Of a stretch of 64,000 nucleotides of DNA, positions 1 to 25,722 are shown in pieces. The notes beneath the pieces are model-generated. The model was given only the letters and a program-made list of their open reading frames with translations. It was not told the origin of the DNA and made no database searches. Position 1 is the stretch's first letter. Every line of letters starts with the position of its first letter. The stretch comes from Trichoplax adhaerens. Lineage: Eukaryota > Animalia > Placozoa. A program made the position numbers and the translations under genes. The stretch spans positions 5,964,286 to 6,028,285 of the forward strand of contig NW_002060947.1 in assembly GCF_000150275.1 (NCBI RefSeq), given 5' to 3'.

Positions 1-1355
1 GTTGTCAGTGTCCGACATGGTTGGCATTGGTATAGGAACTTCGAATCTTTTATTATTAGGATCGTAAATCTATAATTTTAAAATAAAGTTAGTAAATAAT
101 GAAATAGACAATATATATAAAATAATGTCAAAAAATGGAAAAAAACTTTTATTTAATTCATTAAACAGTGTCACATCAATCTGTAGAAGATTTTTAGCAA
201 TCATTTGTTGTATCCGATAGGAAACAAAGTGCCGCACCTTTATTTTAAGTCATATCACATTGTAATATAAAGTAAATTGGGTGGCCCAACAAGCTTGGCC
301 TTTATTTTACAAGCTTTGATAATTGCAAATTAGTAGAGTAAAAATTAGAGGAAAGAGATCTAGACTTTTTTTTATAAATTGAGATACTGAATCAAAATGA
401 CAGACATCCCCTACGTGTATTTCCAATATCTCAAGTTAGATATATAATCAACATCTATGTCGGCTAAATTAACGTTATCCGGTCTAAACTCTATTCAGAT
501 ATAGCTTACATGATGAGCTAGTCTACTGATACCTAATATTAATATTAGTTGTTTGATTTGCGATCAGCTGTACGAGTCAATACTAGACCTATACAGCATT
601 CTATCGACTTTAACTACTTTTCAGTTCTAATCGACAGCTAAAACTCTTTTCCGTTCATCCTTAAATGATAATCTCAATTTTAATCTGCTGCTCTATTCAA
701 CAGATAATATAGCATTAATCCTTAAAGACTGCTAGTTTCATACACTTACTTTCATTCTCAATCTTTCATTGGTTTGAAATTGGAAATCTGCATAGATCAT
801 ATTTGGAGCATTACCGTAATGAACAGGCATGAAAGCATCCCGCATTAAGATAGCACGAATTCCGAAGGGCATCGTTCGAACTGTGCTGTTGTAAAATGAA
901 AATTTGTCGGAATAGATACACCATGGTACACCACCGGTCGAAATTGGCCTCCAACAGCAGCGCCGATTTGCACAGGAAGAAGGATTGGAAAAGGAATAGT
1001 CTGCAAAGCAATCCAGTCGATTTTTTTCAGTGACTGCTAGACAAGGATTAACAGGAGGAGTTGGTGGTATCGTTGCTTGAGTTGTTGCACCAGTTGTTGC
1101 TGCATTTGTGGCTGCAGTGGTTGCAGCTGTTGTTTGCGGTGCTTTGGTTGTAGGTGGATTTGTTGGCCGAGTTGTTGGCTTTGATGTAGTCACTGCTTGA
1201 GTTGATCCAATTTCTTGATTTAAAGGGATGCAATTAATGTTGATAACCATTGGAACAACGACACAAATGGCGATAGTTGCGATCAAGAATATGCCTAATA
1301 CCCAGAGAGCTCTTTTGCTGGACGTAAATTGTCCAAATGCATCGTCTTTCGACAT
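1..1355 (-). CDS. GH31 alpha-glucosidase paralog A (MGAM/SI/GAA-like, type II membrane); first two coding exons only, gene continues past the left edge
   Basis: Exon 1 1355-750 encodes a TM segment ALWVLGIFLIATIAICVVVPMVI, a Thr/Pro/Ala stalk, a six-Cys trefoil (C..DC..C..RCCW..PWC) and ...QFQTNERLRMK, then donor GTAAGT. Exon 2 69-<1 follows acceptor TATAG and reads IYDPNNKRFEVPIPMPTMSDTDN, homologous to exon 2 of paralogs B-D. Confidence 0.92.
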
Positions 1356-1597
1356 TTTACTTCCAATTTATCTAGAAGAATACTCAGGCTTTAGCGAAGT
1401 GATTTTTGCTTCAAAATTTTAAAGCTGCTAAAATATGCAATAGAGATGAAGTAAGCTATAGACTATGAACAGATTGAATACAACAGTATTGCACTAGCCT
1501 ACTAAAAGTGGAGATGGTCATAACCGCTGTTTAATATCACATTGGTCAACTCTATGCGGTCAGGCAAATGGGGAGGTGCTTGTATCAAAGACGGCTA

Positions 1598-1736
1598 AGG
1601 AGGTGGGATAGGAGGTGGGATAGAAGGTAGGATAAGGTAGAATAGAAGGTTGGATAGAAGGTTGGATAGAAGGTGGGATAGAAGATGGGATAGAAGGTGG
1701 GATAGAAGGTGGGATAGAAGGTGGGATAGGAGGTGT
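1598..1736. repeat. 12-bp purine-rich minisatellite (AGAAGGTGGGAT)n, about 11 copies
   Basis: Directly visible tandem array about 240 bp upstream of gene A's ATG; it explains the low-complexity ORFs 1585..1767 and 1595..1786. Confidence 0.95.
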
Positions 1737-2329
1737 TTACAAAGTTTGCAAAATGAAATAATAACAAATAAATAGCCTAAAATCACCTACAGCAAGTATT
1801 AATATTTATTTATTGTCTTTGTTTATAGAAAGCTTTTGTCTGATTCTAGGTCACGATCATCCTCTAAGATACGCCAGAAATTGAGAAAGAGTTTATTATA
1901 TTCTACTGGAAGCCATCATTGAACTATAACTGAAGCAAATATAAATTAGTACTCTACTAAAGCTTTTATAACATCTATCATATCCTTGACCTGTAGGCTG
2001 TAGCCATGAACCTAATCATGGTTTTTTCCTTATTTGGTTAGGACTTGTTAAATTGTTATTATCATTATTATTGATTCGAGCTATTGATTCTAGCTATTGC
2101 AGTCAAGATCATTTCATGTTTTAGCAATCGGCGTTGAGTTGCATGATCTAAAATAATTTACTCCACGTATTAATCAGTTCTTGCGACTATACACTACGGT
2201 CATCTTCCATCCAGTTAGGAAAAAACATTCTATGAAGGTCTGTAAAGAGGTGTCATAATTCATCTGTTTTGGTGACTATGATCAACTGCTCAATTAGAAA
2301 ATGTATTCTATTAAGAACTTGAAAGGGCT

Positions 2330-2680
2330 CGCAGTATTCTTCCATTTTTACAACTATAACCCGCTAGCGAGTTAGGAGATGCACTACACAGAGAATCTCA
2401 TAAAATTGACCGCGCTCATCCGCAATATTAGGAACTTTAAGGGGTTTGCGCTGTTCTGCTATCTTCACAACTATAATTCGTTAGTCAGTTAGGAAATGCA
2501 CTACACAACGAATCTCAAAGAGTTTCCCGCGTTCATCCATTTACGTGACTATAATTCACTGTGCAGATCTAGTTAACAAGGACAGTATACTAATAATCTT
2601 GAAAAGTTTACACTATTTATCCATTTTTTTTGTAACCCTAATCCACTCTCTAGCAGGAAAGTGCACTATATGCAAAATTG
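2330..2680. repeat. Degenerate ~80-115-bp tandem repeat (3-4 copies)
   Basis: Recurring ACAACTATAA...GTTAGGA(G/A)ATGCACTACACA..GAATCTCA at ~2351 and ~2467, with weaker copies further on. Confidence 0.6.
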
Positions 2681-4449
2681 TTAGTCATTTATTTGGATAT
2701 TAAGTTCATTGACTAACAATAAAACAACTTAAGATAAGTTCCCATCATTTCTCACGCTATGCGAAATTGTCTTGAATATGAGTAAGAACTGCCCATCGTC
2801 AAAGATGAACACGTATAGAAACTTTCATTTATTGATAGACGCTATTTAATAAAAATGGCTTCTTAAGTCTTTCAGCATCAAAGATGTAATCATCACTATC
2901 TAACTGAAATAATTTTCCTAGAATGTAAATCACAGTACATCTCAGCCGTTCGTGGCATAATTATTCCTAGGTAAACATTATGCTAATTAAATTAAAATCG
3001 TGTTATCTGGTACCTGCACGAATTATGGACTTATTTACGAATAGTTAATATTAATAATTCTCTGACAAAGTATAGAATGATTCCGCCAATTCATATTGCA
3101 ATAAATGATAATAATGACTGAATCATCTGCCGGCTTCTGCTATTTGACACAGCTTTAGTTTTCTCCTAAAGCTTTATTCTAATAATAACAACGACACAAT
3201 GTAAACGATGAGGAAGACGGATAAACAGCAAATCAGTAATTTTGACCAACATGGAGATTATCTCTTCTCTATGGAATGACTCTATATAAAGTGCTAGCGA
3301 TGAAAATCAGTCGGAGAATACGAAAGAAATTCCGTTAAAATTTGATTCCAATTATAAAATTCAATTAGCTTTGAGTTTCGCAACAAGTTGGTAGCCATCG
3401 TTTTCTTCATATTCCAGATAGTCAAGTCTGCTGCACCGAATGATCGATCTTACACTCTCAGCAATCATCAGCAGATAAGGTATCTGACAAGGGCTATAAA
3501 ATTCAATCAATTAGCACTCGCATCTCTTTGTAGACGAGAAGTTGGAAAATTTCATACAGTACCAAGACGGGCATATGAATTTAAATGGAAAAGATTAACT
3601 TAATTGCCTCATCAGTACCGGCAAAGCAAAGCATAGCTAATAACTACTAGAGCAGTAAATAATATATCATTAATATGGACCAGCGATCATGATAGAAGAA
3701 GATGGAAATGATACAGCAGAGTACGAATGTATAATATTGGATTTTTTGCACTTCTGAAACAAAAAAATGATAAGGAAATTGAATCTTAGCAAGGTTTCAG
3801 TTTCATATCGGCTAATTATGGCGACTTTTTACAGCATCTATAGAATTGGTTAGCTTCTTATAAAATTTAACCTCTAGAATAGTTAGGAAAGTAAAATAAT
3901 CCAAAAGTCGCTGATGACGTATTTCCGACGATAAGACTTAAACTTATAGAGAAAAATTCAATAGAAATCCTGCTATAAATACTTAATTCATTCACTCTAG
4001 CAGCTTACATAGCACAACCATCATTACTTTCAGCTTTCATTTTATAGATTATTTGATATACAGTCCTCTATCTTTAAAATGGCTTGATATCACAGCTAAA
4101 TTGAATAGATCCAGCCATGGACTACTAATGAAATACCTTACTTTCTCTAGTACCGTAGTCCATGATACAGTTTACGAATGTCGTGATATTTATCCCATCA
4201 TTCAGTTGAAAGCTATTATGGCTATAGCAGATTCGTAAATTATATCATCAAGGCGAAATGAATCATTTAATAGCAACAATATCAACCCGTAGGTTTATGA
4301 TAGTAGTTCAGTAAGACTTATGAAATCACTTAGCATCTTACCTAACCTAACTTAGTAACCCATCAATTATCCAATACTACCCTATACTATGCTTCATAAT
4401 TTCTGCCTGGCCTATCATATAAATCTTGTCATATTAATTTATTTCTTCT

Positions 4450-4625
4450 AAATAGGTGAAAAGATATTGTCTACTCTACCAAAATATGATAATGCTTTCT
4501 TAACATCGTGCTTATTAAGTAAAGCGATCCCATTTATTGCAAATAGGTGAAAAGATACTGCCTACTCTACCAAATCTATAAGGTAAATGTTTTCTTAACA
4601 TAATTGTCTATTAAGTAAAGCAATC
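4450..4625. repeat. Direct duplication of ~90 bp
   Basis: AAATAGGTGAAAAGATA.TG.CTACTCTACCAAA...TTTCTTAACAT...TATTAAGTAAAGC occurs at ~4450 and ~4541. Confidence 0.8.
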
Positions 4626-5329
4626 ACGATATCACATATTTTATAGTTTTGTCCCTTGCTTATTACAACTAACCGGTAATACATCTTCTCAATTTAGCAA
4701 AATGAGCAAAAATGTACTATTGTTCTTGTTGAAATATATTATATTAATCGCTAGCCAATTTCCCCAAAATTAGCATTATATTGACTCATACTATGGACTA
4801 TAGTTCAATCAACTCCTGTTGCTTTCTTTAAATGAATCAATCACTCTTATAAGCAAGTAAAACGCCTTCCACGGATTTTTACCTGAACAGTTTTATTTCC
4901 AATAAAATAATCATTTTTAAAATGTTAATTTTTAAAGTTAATTGACGAAAAAGAATCTATCAAAGATTCGAAACTGGTGATACTATTTAGTAAGATTTAT
5001 TGAAAAGAATTCATTTGGATAATCAACAACAAGCATCAAAAGCAATGAATAAGTAAGTATTCAGCGCATTTTCTTTTCAGTAGTTCAGGTACAAAAATGA
5101 AATAGGAATCATGATAGCTCTCCATTTCAAATGTATTCAATTATTACTATCCCAATTACAAAAATATAAAAAACGATTTAACGGCAATAAGTTACTTAGA
5201 CATGGTATTCTAAACGAATTTAAATCGTCTCACATGGCGTTCTTCTTTAGTCCATTGACAGTCTAATAATCAATTCGGGATAAAACTTTGTAATCACCCT
5301 ATCAACGATATGATATTCAATTTTATTTC

Positions 5330-5740
5330 CTAATTGCTAGAAACGACAGAAGAAGTTCTATCCGAAGAGGTCATTGATGGAAAATGTTCATGAACAACCG
5401 TACCACTCGCCACAATCGTAGACTCTCTCGCTTGCTCATCTTCATCAACATTATTGCCATAATCATAGCCCATTGAAATATCACTATAACTACTCAGAGC
5501 TATAGATGAAATAGCAGTAGAGATCGTTTTTAGCGAATCTGCGGTAAGGATATTCTTATTCATTAGCGTGCTTGCGGTTGAAGTAGGAATATTCTGAGAT
5601 GTTAGGCTAACATCATTTGGATTTTTCTGCAGTACCCCAACCAGTATACTGGCTGTAATTACTCCAATAACGATCAGAGCCAGGAGACAAACTACCACAA
5701 CGGCCTTTCCTGTCAATTTGCAAGTTTTTGCTGAATCCAT
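5330..5740 (-). CDS. Intronless ORF for a small predicted type II membrane protein (136 aa): signal anchor plus Ser/Thr-rich ectodomain, no catalytic domain
   Basis: First ATG at 5740 (the ORF-track start at 5749 is TTG). Basic N-tail MDSAKTCKLTGK, hydrophobic AVVVVCLLALIVIGVITASILVGVL, then an S/T-rich tail. TATAAAA at 5839-5833 and AATAAA at 5327-5322 immediately after the stop. Confidence 0.65.
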   Translation of the reverse strand: MDSAKTCKLTGKAVVVVCLLALIVIGVITASILVGVLQKNPNDVSLTSQNIPTSTASTLMNKNILTADSLKTISTAISSIALSSYSDISMGYDYGNNVDEDEQARESTIVASGTVVHEHFPSMTSSDRTSSVVSSN

Positions 5741-5832
5741 GTTCGTCAACCGGAATCGAGTGGAATAAGAGGATAATGATCACGCAGTCTTTATGATGAG
5801 AAACTATGAGTAAGTTTTCCAATATCAAGAGT

Positions 5833-5839
5833 TTTTATA
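5833..5839 (-). promoter_or_regulatory. Putative TATA box of the orphan membrane-protein ORF
   Basis: GTATAAAAAC on the minus strand, about 93 nt upstream of the ATG at 5740. Confidence 0.5.
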
Positions 5840-6104
5840 CATAGCAGTTCAACACGCACTGAGCTACAATATCTTTCAATCGTCAAATTGATAGTGAGAT
5901 TTACTTACTAATTTTATCACGCAGAAAACACTTTACCTTCCCCAAACTACCAATCGTTCAAGTTCCATCCAAATAAAGTAGTAAAGCAGGGCTTGGAGAT
6001 AAATCCATTGACCATAAGAAGAGATTGATCTCTATTCTAGAATGATCAATAGCCTGAATATCTTCCTTCAAGCGTTCCCATTTCCAAACTCTAGTCTCTT
6101 GAAG

Positions 6105-6920
6105 ACAGCTTTGCCCACCTACTATTGCCATATATAGTCTAAACTTGCGGAAATGCGTAGTCGTTCAAGATTGTAATTTCGAAAGTTTCAGCCCTGAGTA
6201 TCGGTTTGCACCTTCGAATCTCGCTAAGAAAAGTTAGCCATTAAATACCACTACTACTATATAGGGAAAGAATTTGTGTAATCTTTAAGAATATATCCAG
6301 CTGAGATAGCTTTGGCCACCTACCGTTTTTTGGCATCAGCTTGAGGAAATGACTAATTGTTCATAATGATAGTCTTGATAATCTCATGTTATTGTGTCAG
6401 CCTACACTTTCGAATCTTGCTAAAAGAGCTTAGCCATTTAATTCTACTACTGCATTGGGTATAAGTTGATATCATTTTCAAGAATGTACTGTGCTAGGAT
6501 AGCTTTGGCCGTCTATAACTACCGTATATGGCGCTATGCTAAGACAATTTTAGCCACCTATGTATATGACCTAAGTATAGGAAAGTGATTAATGAATTGT
6601 GCATGATCATAGTCTCGATAGTTTTATGCTACTTCGCCAGTTTGCACCTTCGAATCTCATCAAGAAAGCTTAGCCATCTGCTACTACTACTGTACTATAG
6701 TATAGGACATAAGTTGGTGTCATCGTCGAGGATATATCTAGCCAACATAGCAATGGCCAGTTACTGCTAGCGTATATGGAATAAGATTATGGAAATGACT
6801 TGTCGTTTATGATCACAGTCTCAAGAATGTAATTCTACTATGTCGGTTTACACCTTCGAATCTCCAGGAGAGTTTAGACATCTACTACCGTATATAGCAT
6901 GGGCTTATGTCATCGTCATG
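6105..6920. repeat. Degenerate ~200-240-bp tandem repeat, about 4 copies
   Basis: Core CAC(C/T)TTCGAATCT at ~6209, 6405, 6645 and 6851, each followed by TTAG(C/A)CAT..CTAC; AGCTTTG(G/C)CC and GGAAATG also recur. Confidence 0.85.
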
Positions 6921-7699
6921 ATGAAAATATTGTGATACCATATCTATATTTAATTGAAAATTACTGATAATCAATCCTGTGTCTACCTTGATACTGAATA
7001 ATTTGCCTTATTAAAAGTACTGTGCTGTATTCGTTTAAAATAAAGTCATGATCTGGCCATTGGATTCTTAGACAATTCTTTATTCCCTTTATACCTACAA
7101 TAGCTGACTGAATACGGTAACTAGCTTAAAAGCCGCGATGGAAATAATAGTAAATTTATTAGATAACCTAATGCCTTTAATGAAATGGGATAAATTGTAA
7201 GTACCAAATCTCTAATAAGTTATGATTGCAAAATTAATCGATACCTGCATCTACTGGTAATACGTAGAATTCTCTTTCCGCTGAATATTTCTAGATGGCA
7301 ATGCCATAGCTTTCACATTTAGTAAATATAGCTGTCCTTGAAGTCCACCACAGTGTACGAAAACCTCACGAACAGCTTCATGGAACAACAATGCTAGCAG
7401 ATATTTTTACCGGCTATTTTAGTCCAAGAGTAGTAAGAAAAATTTTCAACTCTATAGAATATGACGTTGGTATACTGCATTCTATTTTTGGCTTAGCAAA
7501 AAAATTGACTGCCAAATACGTCATGAAGTAATGGATGCTAAATACGGATCCATATACAGTAATCCATAACTTTATTAAGATTAAAGTAAGGATCAGGCCT
7601 GCTATTGTAATATTATGTCTCCATATTTGACCTATATTAAATTCGAATTGCAAAGCTATGATACAGTGTGAAGTCATTGCAAACCTGAAGTGTATAAAA

Positions 7700-8360
7700 G
7701 ATTAAAATCTTTTGCACTTCCTATACTGTGATTCGCGAGACTAACTAGAGGTATACTGAAAAGATTTAATCTCCGCTAAAACCCTTCTGTGATCTCATAT
7801 TTCTATCATTATTACCCTACTTAAGTATATTAGGACCATAGCTAGAGTTTTAAACTGCTAATACAGTTCCAATCATGTCCGTTGTAACAAAATCGGATCG
7901 GTTTTATTAAAATTTGAAGTGTATATATAAATAGTTTGCAACTCTTATACTATAGTTTGTATGACTTAGTAGAAATCCACTAAAAGCATTTAGCCTAGGC
8001 TAAATCCCTTCTTTGGTCTCGGATTTGTATTATCCCACTTAACTATACCACTACCATAGAGGAAGTGTTTAAGATTATAAGTATAGAGCAAATTACGCCC
8101 ATCGATTTGTCTTGACGAAATGGGATCAGTTTTTTAAGAACTTCCGAGTATACAAAATCTTTTACGTCTCTCATACTAGAGTTTATATCACTTACTAGTA
8201 ATTTACTGGAAGGATTTGGCCTACAGTAAGCCCCTTTTGTGATCTCATATTTACATTATTATCCCACCAAATTACGTATACTACTATCATAGCTAGAGTT
8301 TAAACTGTAAATACAGAGCAAACCATGACCTTCGATTTATTTTCACGAAATGGGAATAAT
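7700..8360. repeat. Degenerate ~225-bp tandem repeat, about 3 copies
   Basis: CCCTT.T.TG.TCTC..ATTT...ATTAT..CC.AC..AA...CATAG at ~7782, ~8005 and ~8232. Confidence 0.8.
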
Positions 8361-8715
8361 TTTTTCTAATAATTCGCCATCATTCTACCAACCGCCGTAC
8401 ACTAAATTGGAAAAATTTCCCTGTTTGCTTTACTTTCTGAGCTAATTACATACAATTTGTACAGAAATAGTTGATAAAGTATAGAAAATATTCTTTACTG
8501 TCGTACGATGAATTAATTATTCAAGAAAAACTAGACGACTATCCATTCCAATTAGAAACACTTTACCTGATATATATCATAATAAATCATTATAGACCTT
8601 AATATACGCAGATGCATACTATAATTAATCGTAATTGCCATCAAATATTAATTAGATTGCGATTTCTTGCAGTGAAATTTCAGCCCGTCTTTTTAGATAC
8701 TTTTAAACAAATCCA

Positions 8716-8721
8716 TTTATT
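8716..8721 (-). terminator. Putative polyadenylation signal of gene B
   Basis: AATAAA about 325 nt past the stop. The surrounding block AAATCCATTTATTG is conserved downstream of paralog D (~42512-42524) and in the inverted copy (25679-25684). Confidence 0.6.
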
Positions 8722-9044
8722 GAAAATTAAAGGTGCATCGCTATGTCAATACTAAAGTAGTCATTAAATGATTGCAACCTATTTAAAATGGCAATCAAAA
8801 AGCATTTGGATGCCTATACAAGAAGAAATGACTTGAAGGAAACTAAATACGACACACTAAATGCAAACAAAGATTAATGACTGGTATACATGAAGTAACG
8901 TGCAACTAATAAATGCAGACCATTTAATACAAAAAATAGCTCATGCTGCAATGCACAAGAAGCTACTGCTAACCCCTAACGACCACAAATTAAAGATCTA
9001 TGAAATGATAGAATAGATAGATGCCAAAGAGGCCAAATAACAAA

Positions 9045-22709
<13,665 letters not shown>

Positions 22710-25160
22710 GTTGATCTAGCTAATGAATAGAGGAGATATTTCTGCACAAAAATTAAAATTGATAGTGGATCAGATGCAGCCCAATTTTTTTCGATCTGGA
22801 AGGCAATGATAACCAGCCAGTGCTACCAGATCAAAAAAGCAGAAGTAAGTTAGCGCTTATGGGGATAGTAGATTAAATAATGCTGAACGTGCACATGGAA
22901 ACAATAACGCCTTAAGATTTTGACTTAATCGATCCATTCTGCTGATTATGTACTTAGTAGCAACCAATGAAATCTTATGTAAATAAGAAGATAGTTTATG
23001 ACAACAACTATTCTTCTGTCTTATTTAAATTCAGTTACGTTAATAAATTCACTGAAAAGGATTGAAAGACGATTCACACTATTCTTTGCAAAGTTAGCTC
23101 GATAAATAGTATGAAAACCGTTAATTTATGGCCATGCCTATATTCTACGTACGTGTATGTTCACTTTTAGAGGAACAGAATACAGAAATTTTAATTTGCT
23201 GAAAAACTGAATACACAGTTCTGTGCTATGTTAATCAAGTCATAATTGTAGATAGCTCGTCAATACTAGATGGTGAAATGTTTAAGCTATTTTATTACTC
23301 ATTTCATGACTTAACCACATTGCTGAGCTGCAAAAGAAAAGCTATGTTCGAGTGACTTGGAAATTTATTTAAACACGTTCACAGAGAGTAGCTGTGAATA
23401 AAATTTTAATAAATTTTACTTAAATAATTTCATATATTGTACGCAAAATTTAATATAGGCTATGAATGTTAGATTGTCTATACTAATGTAGATAGAATAC
23501 CTCAAGTTAAAGTTATTGACGATTACGAAGTAGTTTTTTCGTTGATCAATTTAAAAGAACGAAAACAATGCTTAATAATGTGCATACACGCCTTGCATGC
23601 TCAATTATAAAGTAGATACTGTTAGGATCGTACTTTCGCAAGCATGTACTTATTTTATTTTCGTTAGATAAAATACTTCAGCATTTGTTGATAATACCGT
23701 TATCTATGACGCTATATTCAGTTTTATAGATAACAGTAAAGTTTATGATATTATCTAGGACCTGATAATTATATAATTGTTGTTATTGTTTCCCAATTAC
23801 AAATTTGCCGATTTTCTACAAAAATTAGGTTCAGTTTTGTTTAATAGAGACTAATGGTTTAATATAACATCTTGAGGGTGGCGAGATAGTGTTTTTTAGA
23901 GTCGAACTATTGATAAAAATCTTAGAAGACAAACATGATTGCAGATCCGTAATGTAATAACTGTTGGTAATGTTTATTTCCTCGTTATAATTCTGATTTG
24001 TAGCGATTGAACTAGTATTTAGAGTCATTTGACGTTAATGCAGAGGAGAACAAGCCTGACAGTAGATTCACAGTGTTAGTATCTAGTAGTAGTACTCAAT
24101 TTTTGCTATAGATTTCAATTTTTAATCTCCATTTTTAGATAAGAACTATTCAGTCACGTAAATCTCAACAGGATCAATTTGATGCATTACCCATACAAAT
24201 GTTGAATATACTGTGGTAATAGAACAGAGTAAAAGAATAGAGAAAAGTAAATTTCTGCCAAAGAAAACAGTCTGATACTGCGCGAAGAAAATTATGTCAA
24301 GGTCACGCAAAGCATAATTGATGGTTAACAGTCGAACGGATGCTATTATTCAATAAATCGAATTTCTTCACCTTTACCTCAATTGATAAAATAGGAAAAC
24401 TGTTCCATTTATCAGTGGTAATACAACATATAATTATCGTTCAATATATCCAGGTATAAATCAAAGTTTTATTGACTGAACTTCACTATCGACGGCGTGG
24501 AGTAGCTGAAGGCTACCGACAATTTTATGATGATGAGATTATTCGAGCCTAGTCCAAGTCTTCAATTGAGTGGTAATGTAATGCTATTAATAATTACATT
24601 ATCAAAACACTTTAGTAGTAGTAATTCCCTCTAGTATTACTAGACTTAGTAGTTACTACTTTTCTAGATAAGCATTTGTCTCATGTTCAGTATAATAATT
24701 ATTCTTCATAGCGACTTGTTATAACATTTACAGTAACTACTGTAAGCGGTGGTTATATTGATGCTCATAATCTTTCTGATACCTAGCGAAACCTGCTTTC
24801 TCAATGTTTACTAATCGTACATTACGGTTGCACAATAGTAACAACTTAAAAATAGTAACAACTAGCAAAGCCAGTGACTGCAAGATTGCAGTCACTATTT
24901 CACTATCCTGTAATGTAGGAGGTCATTATTTGTGCGCATTCCACCTTCCATCTCATCTACCTCATTTGCCAGTTGTTGGCGTAAACTAAATGAGGATCTT
25001 GTCAAGAAGTAGATGATGATGATAGTAAAATTACTTTATTGAGTAATTATTAATCTTAATACTGATGTAAATCTTGCTATTATTTTTTTACTTCTCATCT
25101 ACAAGCTCCTGTTCCAATTCTTCTACTACAATTCTTGCTACAAGTACACAAAACCATACA

Positions 25161-25722
25161 TGATTGCTATTTCTGATCTTTATAATCGATCAATATTGAC
25201 AGTATCACCTTGAGAAATTGAGAAAATTAACGTGTGTGAATTTCATTTTGACTTGTGTTGGCTAGGTCCTGAATATAACTGGTATAAATGGCGCGTCATT
25301 AAATTACAACATGAATGGAAGAGGTTTCACAACAACATATAAAGAGTTCCTTTAGTTTGTTATTTGGCCTCTTTGGCATCTATCTATTCTATCATTTCAT
25401 AGATCTTTAATTTGTGGTCGTTAGGGGTTAACAGTAGCTTTTTGTGCATTGCAGCATGAGCTATTTTTTGTGTTAAATGGTCTGCATTTATTAGTTGTAC
25501 GTTACTTCATGTATACCAGTCATTAATTTTTGTTTACATTTAGTACGTCGTATTTAGTTTCCTTCAAGTCACCTCTTTTTGTATAGGCATCCAAATGCTT
25601 TTTGATTGCCATTTTAAATAGGCTGCAATCATTAAATGACTACTTTAGTATTGACATAGCGATGCACCTTTAATTTTCAATAAATGGATTTGTTTAAAAG
25701 TATCTAATACGACGGGCTGAAA
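25161..25722 (+). repeat. Near-identical inverted duplicate (562 bp) of 8678-9239: distal part of last intron, terminal exon and 3' UTR of gene B
   Basis: Reverse-complement match along the whole length with scattered substitutions. Contains acceptor CTAG, the exon VLNITGINGASLNYNMNGRGFTTTYKEFL* (~25266-25355) and AATAAA at 25679-25684. Confidence 0.95.

Noticed and set aside
1585-1786. ORFs with (FYPT)n and (LLSH)n repeats
   Set aside because: Translations of the 12-bp minisatellite; no evidence of coding function.
23850-24552. Plus-strand exon-like segments (e.g. DQFDALPIQMLNIL, LILREENYVK, LLTELHYRRRGVAEGYRQFYDDEIIRA*)
   Set aside because: Splice-like sites are present, but I could not join them into one consistent open frame or recognise a homolog; a BLAST would settle it.
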